Shown here in pieces: positions 56,619 through 64,000 of a stretch of 64,000 bases of DNA. The stretch's first letter is position 1. Each line of letters begins with the position of its first letter. A model generated the notes under the pieces. That model made no database searches. It saw only the letters and a program-made list of their open reading frames with translations, and was not told where the DNA came from. The position numbers and the translations under genes were made by a program. The DNA is from an uncultured virus (IMG/VR IMGVR_UViG_3300022868_000018) (taxonomy: Duplodnaviria > Heunggongvirae > Uroviricota > Caudoviricetes): the IMG/VR virus record IMGVR_UViG_3300022868_000018; one strand, written 5' to 3'.

Positions 56619-57526
56619 GCAATCAGCCCCTTATATGTCAGGCGAAGCCCTGAGGTGTTTTCGAGGAGAGTGTCAACCCGTTCGGTGCCGTCAAGGTCGT
56701 TCATGTTCCACCGTGCCTCAAACTCCGCGATGTAACGGTGAATATGCTTGGCGGTCATCTTGTGAAAGATACCATAGTGGCCACGCTTTAGCAAGGCCCA
56801 AAATGACTCAATGCCGTTCGTGTGGCAATCGCCGTTCACATACTCGCCGGCTGAGTGGTTGACGCTTTGATGATTGTACCCGTCCAGACCGAGGTAGCTG
56901 CTATGATCATCACTATACAGCGTGGAGTTCAGACTCACGTTCTCCCTGATAAACCTGTGGACCTCTTCTCGATTGGTCCTCCCAATCATCTCTGCGGCAA
57001 CACGGCCATCACGCTCACGCGCGCCCATGACGGTCAACTTGCCGACCGGACCCCGACCAGCATTCAGTTTCTTGCTGGCATGCTTGTTACCTTCCTTGCC
57101 GCCGATATAAGTCTCGTCAGCCTCTACTGTGCCGTCCATCGGGCCGCCGAGATCGCCTACGGCACCGGCTACTTCGCGAAGCCTGCCGAGCATGAACCAG
57201 GCCGTCTTCTGAGTGACGCCGATTTCGCGGGCGAGTTGCGTGGATGCGATACCCTTGCGGTTCATGGTGATAAGCCAAACCGCAGCGAACCATTTCCGCA
57301 AGGGCAGGCGGCTCTCCTCAAAGATCGTGCCCTTGCGGACGCTGAACTGCTTATTACAGTCGGCACACTTGTAGACATGTCGGCGCTCAATCCGATAGAA
57401 CTTTCGGGCACTACCGCAGAGGGGACAGATAATGCCCTTCGGCCAGCGCAGTTTCTCCAGGTGCAAGATGCAAGTCTTTTCGTTGGGAAAGGCTTCCATC
57501 AGGGAGAATAGGCTATCGTATCTCAT
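56615..57526 (-). CDS. IS1595-family transposase
   Basis: CPLC/CADC, QKTAWFM, VEADETYIGG, YSDD, HTNGIESFWALLKRG. Confidence 0.95.
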   Translation of the reverse strand: MRYDSLFSLMEAFPNEKTCILHLEKLRWPKGIICPLCGSARKFYRIERRHVYKCADCNKQFSVRKGTIFEESRLPLRKWFAAVWLITMNRKGIASTQLAREIGVTQKTAWFMLGRLREVAGAVGDLGGPMDGTVEADETYIGGKEGNKHASKKLNAGRGPVGKLTVMGARERDGRVAAEMIGRTNREEVHRFIRENVSLNSTLYSDDHSSYLGLDGYNHQSVNHSAGEYVNGDCHTNGIESFWALLKRGHYGIFHKMTAKHIHRYIAEFEARWNMNDLDGTERVDTLLENTSGLRLTYKGLIA

Positions 57527-57830
57527 GGTTGCGGCCCCTTTCGTATCGTACGCAACCATTGTAGCATGTTCCACTGGTTGTGTCAAGTATATATTTCCCT
57601 TCCATTTCCGCTGCTTCCGCTGCTTCCGCTGCTCTCGCCACACATTCCGGGCAGAAATCGTCCACGTCGGCGTGACAACTTTCCACCCAGAGTTCCGACC
57701 GCCAACCATGCTGCTCCAGCCACGCATCAATCGCATCGTTGTCCCGGACGGTCTCCGGCATCTCCACTTCCCGCCCGCACTCGTCGCAGGTGACGCGCAA
57801 GGCACCGTCATGCGTCGGGGTTACGGTCAT
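57513..57830 (-). CDS. Zinc-finger protein whose C-terminus is replaced by IS sequence
   Basis: CDEC...GW...DFCPEC; reads through the TSD into the TIR. Confidence 0.6.
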   Translation of the reverse strand: MTVTPTHDGALRVTCDECGREVEMPETVRDNDAIDAWLEQHGWRSELWVESCHADVDDFCPECVARAAEAAEAAEMEGKYILDTTSGTCYNGCVRYERGRNHEIR

Positions 57831-58674
57831 CGGGGCTGCCCTCCTCGCAATCCTGCCGGTGGTCGGCCTCCGCGATGCTGTCGGGGTCGCCAACATCATC
57901 TTTCGCCCGCCGCTGGCTCTGTTCAACAACCGTGTACCATTTATTGATCTCTCGCAACCGACCCATCGACCACTCCACACTGCCGGCACTGCCGCCGCCA
58001 ACAGCCTCCTGCACATCGCCTGCGCTCAGGTTTGTGGCGATGCACAGGGACTTCATTTCGCGATACCGATAATCCATCAGCGCGAGGAAGCCGGTCAGCC
58101 CATACTCCGCGTTGTACTGCCTGCCCAAGTCATCCAGCAGCAGCAGATCGCAGCCGCGATAGGCATTGTCGGCGGCATCCCGGTCGCGGTACAGCTTATC
58201 AAACAGGTCAGCGCAGGTAACGTACTGCACCACCGCGCCAGTATCTTGGGCCGCCAGCGCAACGAGCGCCAGACAGGAGGTTTTGCCGTTGCCAGGCTGT
58301 CCGCTCAGAATCAGCCCCTCGCCATTCTCCAGCTTCGCGGGCACGGTCGCGCAGTAGTCCCGCAGTTTACCCGCCACACTCGTTGGCACCCGCTCCCACA
58401 CCGCGCCAAAATGGCGCTTGCCAAAACCCATAGCCCGCAACCGTGATCCCTGTCGTCGCGACGCCCGCTCGGCCGCCCACGGACATTTGCCAACTGCGTC
58501 TATTGGGCAGGGGTCATATATGCCGACAGAGTTCATGCGCGTCAATCCACGCGGCTCTCCCATTGCGTCGAAATAGCCCATGCAATCCGCGCGGTCCTCC
58601 GGGCACATCTGGTCATAGTTCGGATTCGCCATTATGCTCTCGGCCATGAATGCCACCTCGTCATCTCCAGCCAT
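57808..58674 (-). CDS. DnaC/IstB-like AAA+ helicase loader
   Basis: GQPGNGKT, LLLLDDLG, IATNL. Confidence 0.9.
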   Translation of the reverse strand: MAGDDEVAFMAESIMANPNYDQMCPEDRADCMGYFDAMGEPRGLTRMNSVGIYDPCPIDAVGKCPWAAERASRRQGSRLRAMGFGKRHFGAVWERVPTSVAGKLRDYCATVPAKLENGEGLILSGQPGNGKTSCLALVALAAQDTGAVVQYVTCADLFDKLYRDRDAADNAYRGCDLLLLDDLGRQYNAEYGLTGFLALMDYRYREMKSLCIATNLSAGDVQEAVGGGSAGSVEWSMGRLREINKWYTVVEQSQRRAKDDVGDPDSIAEADHRQDCEEGSPDDRNPDA

Positions 58675-59711
58675 TAGAACACCTCACTCCCATCGTCTCT
58701 GTACACCGGCACGAAGCTCTCACTCACACGGATCGGCCCTGTTTGGGGCGACGCCTGCGATCCGGCGCAGGACTTCGGCTGCCAACTCGACGAGGCATTT
58801 CTGACATAGTTTAGATTTGGGACACCCGCTTTGTTCGCCGCGTTCATGCCGTATCGCCACGGCTCTACTCCCACACCAACCGTCTGCCCGTTGCCATCCC
58901 GGATTTCAAGTAACTCGCGTGTACGATTCAACCGACCCGGAAGCGTCATTTTTCCAGACTCATTCTTCCCTGCCAGAAGCTCTATGTATTCATCAACCAG
59001 CCCGAGGTCCTCATCTGACAACGGTTCCCGGAGAGCGTCAAGCTGCTGCTCGATTGTGGCCCTGTCTGGTTTTGGCGGTTTGGCTGGCTCTGGCTTTTCA
59101 GGTTCTACTTCATCCAATGGCAACTGAGTGGCTGCGTCCGGTGCCGGCGAAGCCGGTTCGGACAAGGAGTCGTTTCTAGTCTGGTCTGAGTCTGGGTCTA
59201 CGTCTGGGTCTACGTCTAGCACGTTTTCGCCGGAGTCCTCCGAGAGTAGTCCGGGAGTAGTCCGGGACTTCGGCTCTAAGCCGTCTGTGAGCCCGTAGAA
59301 GGCCGCTTGGCGGGGACAGTCCTCTTCTTCCATATATTGGCGCAACTCCTGCGGCACTCGCCAGCAGGGCGGTAGATTATTGCCGGGTTCACCCACTCTG
59401 CCCCACTTGATGCTCTGGTGTTTGTGGAAGTTTATGATGTAAAGTAGTTGCTTCCCGTTGTCGCTATATGGGTAGAGTAAGCCCGCATTGACTTGAGCAA
59501 CTATACACTTCTGGACGTCGCTTTTCGTGATGTCCATGCCAGGACAAACGCGGGCGCGATACTCCGTAGACGATCCCGGAATGATTGCGTACACGTCTGC
59601 CTTTGGCAAGCTCCAAGTGAAGAGAAGCGCGGCCATTGTGTTGCGTTCGGCGAGACCGCAAAGCTTCTCATCAGCGCCGATCTCCTCAGTTATCTTTGCC
59701 CACCTTAGCAT
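58674..59711 (-). CDS. Phage replication initiator
   Basis: LYIINFHKHQ winged-helix motif, internal direct repeats, C-terminal LNYVRN; coupled to DnaC-like gene. Confidence 0.8.
   Translation of the reverse strand: MLRWAKITEEIGADEKLCGLAERNTMAALLFTWSLPKADVYAIIPGSSTEYRARVCPGMDITKSDVQKCIVAQVNAGLLYPYSDNGKQLLYIINFHKHQSIKWGRVGEPGNNLPPCWRVPQELRQYMEEEDCPRQAAFYGLTDGLEPKSRTTPGLLSEDSGENVLDVDPDVDPDSDQTRNDSLSEPASPAPDAATQLPLDEVEPEKPEPAKPPKPDRATIEQQLDALREPLSDEDLGLVDEYIELLAGKNESGKMTLPGRLNRTRELLEIRDGNGQTVGVGVEPWRYGMNAANKAGVPNLNYVRNASSSWQPKSCAGSQASPQTGPIRVSESFVPVYRDDGSEVF
59178..59267. repeat. Iteron-like repeats inside the rep gene (possible origin)
   Basis: GTCTGGGTCTAC x2 plus GTCT-G variants; GAGTAGTCCGGGA x2. 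Confidence 0.55.
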
Positions 59712-59845
59712 GCTTCACCTACTCGCAGACAAAAGAGAAGGCCACCTGCAAAACGATACCAATGCCCGGCGAGGGGAAAAGGAGCGTTTCTGTTGCAGGT
59801 GGCCTTTATCGGTTGTGGTGAGCGTTGTGGTGAGCGTTGTGGCAT
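59705..59845 (-). CDS. Putative 46-aa leader peptide coupled to rep (not in ORF track)
   Basis: AAAGGAG SD; MPQRSPQRSPQPIKATC...; stop overlaps the rep start (ATGCTAA). Confidence 0.45.
   Translation of the reverse strand: MPQRSPQRSPQPIKATCNRNAPFPLAGHWYRFAGGLLFCLRVGEAC
59730..59806 (-). terminator. Attenuator-like hairpin before rep
   Basis: Perfect 14-bp inverted repeat AAGGCCACCTGCAA (59738-59751 / 59793-59806) followed by CTCTTTT. Confidence 0.6.
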
Positions 59846-59880
59846 GAAAAAAACTCCTTTACTCTCTCGCCGGTACCACC

Positions 59881-59909
59881 ATCATACAGCATCCGAACTG
59901 CCAAGTCAA
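59881..59909 (-). promoter_or_regulatory. sigma70-type promoter for the replication operon
   Basis: TTGACT-17-TATGAT. Confidence 0.7.
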
Positions 59910-60109
59910 GCATCTTTCCGCACGATCCGGTTCCCGTCTGGCCCGTACACCAGCACGTCGGCATACCCGCAGCGCGTCCTGGGGCAGCGGCGGTTCTGCA
60001 CGATGCGCCCGCGCTCAGGAGGTATGGTGGAGGATAGAATGAGTAGCTGATGCCCGCAGGCGGGGCAGCGTTGCAGCGGTGGTGCGACTGTGGCTGTAGC
60101 TGTGGTCAT
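59906..60109 (-). CDS. Com/Ogr-like zinc-finger protein
   Basis: QRCPACGHQLL...RRCPRTRCG. Confidence 0.6.
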   Translation of the reverse strand: MTTATATVAPPLQRCPACGHQLLILSSTIPPERGRIVQNRRCPRTRCGYADVLVYGPDGNRIVRKDA

Positions 60110-60125
60110 TGGTTTGGCTCCTCTG

Positions 60126-60347
60126 CTATTCTCTGAGTTTCGCTACGATCCCGCCGTCGCCGTCGTCTCTCAACGTCGGCACATACGGGCAAACCTCGCA
60201 CCCGCACTTGTACCACTTCCTGAGTTCTTCGCCATACACGTCCTCAATCCAACCGGCTTGGTTTCCGTCATCATCTGTGTGGTATTGCGTCTCAACAACT
60301 TCCTCTCGCCATAGCCGCAATTCCCGCCCGCACTTTTCGCACTTCAT
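60126..60347 (-). CDS. Small zinc-finger protein
   Basis: MKCEKCG...YKCGC; GGAGG SD. Confidence 0.6.
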   Translation of the reverse strand: MKCEKCGRELRLWREEVVETQYHTDDDGNQAGWIEDVYGEELRKWYKCGCEVCPYVPTLRDDGDGGIVAKLRE

Positions 60348-60414
60348 CCGTCACACCTCCGTTTTGGTTGTTGTTGGTGCTCGATGGTCGTCTGCGCCGG
60401 CTGCCAGTAGGGGG

Positions 60415-60699
60415 TCATTCCGCGTCACCCTCGCCACTCTGCCCAATGCCGTTCTCATCTGCATCACTGTCCAGCAACTGCCTCACGAATTGCAGCAGTT
60501 TTGTCTGGTCAGCCGGGGTCAACCGCATCACTTCATTCTCACCCGAACAAAACACGATGTCAGCGCCAGGTGTGAAAGACATCCACGCATCGCCCACCAA
60601 TTGGATATCCAGCTTTTCGGTCAGCGGGTCTGATTTGATGCCAAGACCATTGCGGCAAAAGTACTTGTCATGGGGGGTTTGCCCCTCGCCATTATCCAT
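60415..60699 (-). CDS. Hypothetical protein
   Basis: AAGGAG SD. Confidence 0.6.
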   Translation of the reverse strand: MDNGEGQTPHDKYFCRNGLGIKSDPLTEKLDIQLVGDAWMSFTPGADIVFCSGENEVMRLTPADQTKLLQFVRQLLDSDADENGIGQSGEGDAE

Positions 60700-60775
60700 T
60701 ACAATTATCTCCTTCGTTCGGGATCAACACTGCTGTCGCCTTCGGTTATCTACCAGTGCGGCTGGCTGGCGCCGT

Positions 60776-61381
60776 TCACTCCGCGTCACCCTCGCCACAC
60801 GCGCCCGGCTCCCCGTCGGCTGTCTCAATCGGCAGGCCGTCCACGCGCTTGCGCTCTGCGTCATCCTTCCGCACCTCGCGCTCTGCAATGTAGAGTAGGT
60901 GCTGATGGCCTGTGCGCCGGCGTTGTGCTTCTGCCCTCTCGCTAAGTGTGAGCGGCAAGCTATCTGCAGTTGCTACGCCCGGCTCCCCGTCGCCGTCCAG
61001 GTGCGAGTAGGTGTCCGGCAAGATGCCCTGCTCGATCCGCGTCTGGCGGTCAATTTCGAGGGCTTCACTGTAGGACATTTCATCCACGGAGAATACGCCG
61101 TGATTCATCACGATAATCCCATAGCCGAAAGGCCTGCCTTGCCCGGGGTCGTAGCGTGTCCCCACCATCCTCCCAACCATACCGAGACGTGGGTCGGGCT
61201 TCTCGCCGTACTCCTGTACCTGGGCATCCGGCGCGTCGTCGATGTGCTCCTGGATGACCTCGACGCACTTGCGGGTACCCAGAAACACCCCGCTTGCCCC
61301 ATTCGACAACGCCTTCGCCTCGACAGCCTTCTCGCGGGTACTCTCCAGCATCGCATTCAGTCTCTCCATCAGTCCGTCCAT
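60776..61381 (-). CDS. Hypothetical protein
   Basis: GAGGGG SD; 201 aa. Confidence 0.6.
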   Translation of the reverse strand: MDGLMERLNAMLESTREKAVEAKALSNGASGVFLGTRKCVEVIQEHIDDAPDAQVQEYGEKPDPRLGMVGRMVGTRYDPGQGRPFGYGIIVMNHGVFSVDEMSYSEALEIDRQTRIEQGILPDTYSHLDGDGEPGVATADSLPLTLSERAEAQRRRTGHQHLLYIAEREVRKDDAERKRVDGLPIETADGEPGACGEGDAE

Positions 61382-61817
61382 GTCTCAGTCCCCTCTCGTT
61401 GTGATGCGGTGGCGCGACACAGGCCACTGTACTGGCTTGTAACCAGCACAGTGCCATTTGCAGACTACACACGCATACTGCCCCGGCTCTGGCTCCCTGT
61501 ACCGCCGTATAGTACGGTTCCCACATCGCCTCTGGCATAGGCGTGTTAGGTTCGCCGCCGGGACAATATTCGCCAAAGCAGATTACCTTGGGCATCGGCC
61601 AACCAGCACGAGCGCAGGCCTCGATGACTTGGCTCGTGTGTTCCGTCAGGTGAATGTGGCCGTTTTCCATCAAGCGCTCGGTCCAGTGCCTACCTACACA
61701 GCCTCCGATATAGACAGAGGCACCGCCGTCTCCATCCGTATCATGGTCAAGCACTGTTATCGCAGTGAATTCCACGGCATCCTTGCTATAGCGCTCATGG
61801 AACGTCACAGTTTCCAT
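61080..61817 (-). CDS. Protein with N-terminal FlbD-like domain (3' end doubtful; long overlap with next gene)
   Basis: AAGGAG SD; METVTF...FTAIT...IHLTEHTSQVIEAC. Confidence 0.45.
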   Translation of the reverse strand: METVTFHERYSKDAVEFTAITVLDHDTDGDGGASVYIGGCVGRHWTERLMENGHIHLTEHTSQVIEACARAGWPMPKVICFGEYCPGGEPNTPMPEAMWEPYYTAVQGARAGAVCVCSLQMALCWLQASTVACVAPPHHNERGLRHGRTDGETECDAGEYPREGCRGEGVVEWGKRGVSGYPQVRRGHPGAHRRRAGCPGTGVRREARPTSRYGWEDGGDTLRPRARQAFRLWDYRDESRRILRG

Positions 61818-62032
61818 CGGTCTCAGTCTCCTTCACATCGCTGATATGCACAATGCGCCCGTTTTGCACGAACATCTTGTCGCCGTTATACTGGCATCGC
61901 AACCATCCTTCCCAATATGCCTGCTTTATTTCTGCGAGGGTAGCCTGGCAGCTTGTGCACACACGCAACCGCCAGAGGATAACCCTGCCAGCGTGTAATG
62001 GCCGCCACCCTCGCATATCAATGTGCGCCTAC

Positions 62033-62242
62033 TCACCCATCCCTCAAGCCTTTATCGTAGCCGTACACCATTGCGTCTTTGACAAGCTCGACGAGCTTCT
62101 CGGCGTCGGCCTCGTTTGCCACGTCAACGCATTTCGCGTAGTGTGCGTCAGGCCCGTCGAAGCTCACAGCCCACTTGATGCCATTGCCGGTCTCGGTATT
62201 GATAGCCATCACTTGCATTATTGTCACCCTTTCTGGTGCCAC
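62033..62242 (-). CDS. Small hypothetical protein (homologue of 39080-39367)
   Basis: AVSFDGP...NEADAEKLV. Confidence 0.55.
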   Translation of the reverse strand: MAPERVTIMQVMAINTETGNGIKWAVSFDGPDAHYAKCVDVANEADAEKLVELVKDAMVYGYDKGLRDG

Positions 62243-62835
62243 ACCGTTTTGTCGCCACTCCGCTTCACGACCGCGAACGGGGCATTGCGCAGCGTCCGCC
62301 AGCCCGTGAGCGTGTAGTAGTCCACGTTTGCCACCTCTCGCCTGCTGGTCACTCGCTTCCTGCAGCCATAGACCAGCGCATAGCCAACCTTCACCCAGCC
62401 GCCCCGGTCATTCACATAGCGGAGCCCGTAGGGCGTCCATATCAAGGTGCCGAAGGGTAGCTCAGGATTGGCCGCGCAACCTCGGGTGTGGACATAGCTA
62501 CCCGATGAGGTCTGCTTGCCACACCCCTCCCAAGGCCCGTAGCTGGTAACCTTGGCTGTCCCGCAACAGGTGACCCCCCGGGCCTGTGCCCACTGGTATG
62601 CGTCGCGCTGCCAAGGAGGCAAGGTTCCGTAGGCTCCAGCAAGCGCAAGGACCACGCACCGTTGCAGCGGATCGTCTGGCAGCAACAACCCCGGTGGTGT
62701 CGTCGCCTGCGGGAGTGCCTGCAGCGGTGTCTCGGGAGCGACAGGAGTCTGAGCGGCCTGCGGTAGCTGCTGCTGCGTGTAGGCGGCACTGGATAGCACT
62801 GCCAGGGTTATTACTGCTGCGATCTTAGTCCTCAT
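62224..62835 (-). CDS. Secreted 3D-domain (lytic transglycosylase-like) protein
   Basis: Signal peptide MRTKIAAVITLAVLSSAA; VTSY...TSSG...AANPELPFGT...VNDRGG...VDYY. Confidence 0.75.
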   Translation of the reverse strand: MRTKIAAVITLAVLSSAAYTQQQLPQAAQTPVAPETPLQALPQATTPPGLLLPDDPLQRCVVLALAGAYGTLPPWQRDAYQWAQARGVTCCGTAKVTSYGPWEGCGKQTSSGSYVHTRGCAANPELPFGTLIWTPYGLRYVNDRGGWVKVGYALVYGCRKRVTSRREVANVDYYTLTGWRTLRNAPFAVVKRSGDKTVWHQKG

Positions 62836-63343
62836 TGGTGGCCTCCTCAGCCTGCTCTGCCGCCAGTTGCTTCGCGGCCCGCTCCAGCAGGTAGGCAAGC
62901 CAGCATTCTTCCTGCTGGTCGCTCCCGCAAGAATTAAAAACTCCGTCAAGTGCATTGGGGCCTGTTGGACGTGATAGCTTACATCCATCCCACCACGGCG
63001 ACGGAAGTTCTAAACTATTCGGACATTTGTCCCAGCACAACAAGCGTACTGCTCTCTCCAGTGCCAGCCGCGTCAGGTCTGGTTCTATGCGTTCCAACTC
63101 CATCGCCTCTGCATACGCAGCATCAGCCGCCAACGCAGCATCCTCCATAGTCTGCGCTTTTCCTTGAGCGGTAACAGACCCGCTATGTCCGTTGTGCCGG
63201 TAGGCCCACGGCTTGCGGGCTGACGACCAAGTTCTGAGCACAACCCCGTGAGCTGGTAGTTTTCCAAACAGCTTCCGCCAGCCCCACACATAGTCTTCCC
63301 AACCATTCGGAGGTTCCTCATCGCATATCGGCGTCTCACTCAT
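62825..63343 (-). CDS. Hypothetical protein
   Basis: GGAGG SD; overlaps both neighbours. Confidence 0.6.
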   Translation of the reverse strand: MSETPICDEEPPNGWEDYVWGWRKLFGKLPAHGVVLRTWSSARKPWAYRHNGHSGSVTAQGKAQTMEDAALAADAAYAEAMELERIEPDLTRLALERAVRLLCWDKCPNSLELPSPWWDGCKLSRPTGPNALDGVFNSCGSDQQEECWLAYLLERAAKQLAAEQAEEATNED

Positions 63344-63566
63344 CGGTCTCGCCTCCGTTCATCTTCGCCAGCACTTCTGCCACGCTCTCGGTGACCACCA
63401 CGGTCTGCCGGGGGATTTCGTGTGCCACATCCAGCCCAGTGTCCAGCAGGGTGCCTGTGACTATTGCCCCTCCGTCGCGAGAGGGCGTGACCTCTGCGAT
63501 ATCAGTGAATGTAGCTGCCGGGCGATTGCAGAATGTGCCAGGGGCTACCGTCAAGGTGATAGTCAC
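63336..63566 (-). CDS. Small FlbD-like domain protein
   Basis: TITLT...FTDIAEV...VVVTESVAEVLAKM; GGAGG SD before GTG. Confidence 0.5.
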   Translation of the reverse strand: MTITLTVAPGTFCNRPAATFTDIAEVTPSRDGGAIVTGTLLDTGLDVAHEIPRQTVVVTESVAEVLAKMNGGETDE

Positions 63567-63615
63567 GCTACCCACCTCCGCCACGCGTCGGACAGCATGA
63601 CCAGGGCGATTATGA

Positions 63616-63954
63616 TTACGAGTGTCGTTCCGTCTGGCATTTTGCGCCTCGCTTTCGGTGGGCAGGCCGATCCCCGTCGCCGAACAGGTCGCCCTGCCCA
63701 GCCGCCTCCGCTGTAGCATCATCGCGCTTTCGTCCGGGGAACTGTTGCCGCTTGTCATCCCACCACTTTCTCGCATGGTCACGGCTGCAGAAGTGGTACG
63801 GGTCTTTAGTCCATGTGATGCGGTATATTGTGTAAAGTTTGCCAAGCAGATGTCCGCACCAATCGCATGGCTTGTTGAGGTTGCCGTGTAACTCTTCTTT
63901 GTCCCGTAGCTGCTCCTCGAAAACTTCATCCCGCTCGATCGGCGTCTCACTCAT
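63616..63954 (-). CDS. Treble-clef zinc-finger protein
   Basis: CDWCG...HFCSRDH. Confidence 0.6.
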   Translation of the reverse strand: MSETPIERDEVFEEQLRDKEELHGNLNKPCDWCGHLLGKLYTIYRITWTKDPYHFCSRDHARKWWDDKRQQFPGRKRDDATAEAAGQGDLFGDGDRPAHRKRGAKCQTERHS

Positions 63955-64000
63955 CGGACTCGCCTCCATCATCATTGCGCTGCCCATCTATCCAGCCGGC

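Larger units (their letters stand above)
55058..57599 (-). mobile_element. IS1595-family transposon (2542 bp) carrying a type II restriction-modification pair
   Basis: 24-bp TIRs at 55058-55081 and 57576-57599 (20/24 match); 8-bp TSD TTCCATTT at 55050-55057 and 57600-57607. Confidence 0.93.
1..64000. mobile_element. Tailed phage/prophage genome segment (Mu-like head module, siphovirus-like tail); no host genes seen
   Basis: TerL, portal, protease, capsid, tail tube, tape measure, Rep/DnaC and many short coupled ORFs in phage gene order. Confidence 0.95.

Noticed and set aside
56615..57811. 398-aa version of the second transposase (and the 377-aa version of the first)
   Set aside because: The extensions cross the TIR or putative IS end; starts at 57526 and 38674 fit family length
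59812..59842. Short tandem repeats as a mini-CRISPR
   Set aside because: 12-bp units with no spacers and no cas genes
1..64000. Stop-codon reassignment
   Set aside because: Long genes are intact in the standard code and all three stop codons end genes at tight junctions

Overview
The whole 64 kb window reads as one tailed dsDNA phage (or prophage) genome segment. I found no host housekeeping genes, rRNA, tRNA or CRISPR array. Three transcription blocks are visible. (1) A long minus-strand late block (about 44,000 to 1): putative TerS, small genes, TerL, a Mu-like head module (DUF935 portal, protease I with nested scaffold, cement protein, capsid, gp36- and gpG-like connectors), a siphovirus-type tail (tube, frameshifted chaperone pair, tape measure, large tip proteins), an embedded sugar-modification cluster, fibres and holin-like genes. 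(2) A plus-strand early block (45,300-53,000) of small genes with a repeated hairpin-plus-ACAGGGAGGC leader, a ParB-like protein and a short tyrosine recombinase. (3) A minus-strand replication/accessory block (64,000-53,000) with a Rep initiator and a DnaC-like loader. The strongest signals are: two IS1595-family transposons, each carrying a different restriction-modification pair (one with clear 24-bp TIRs and an 8-bp TSD); a multi-pseudoknotted candidate ncRNA of about 270 nt after the tape measure gene; and two parallel zinc-finger gene / promoter / short repeats / attenuator modules in front of the head and replication operons. All functional calls come from reading motifs by eye; no database search or folding program was run.
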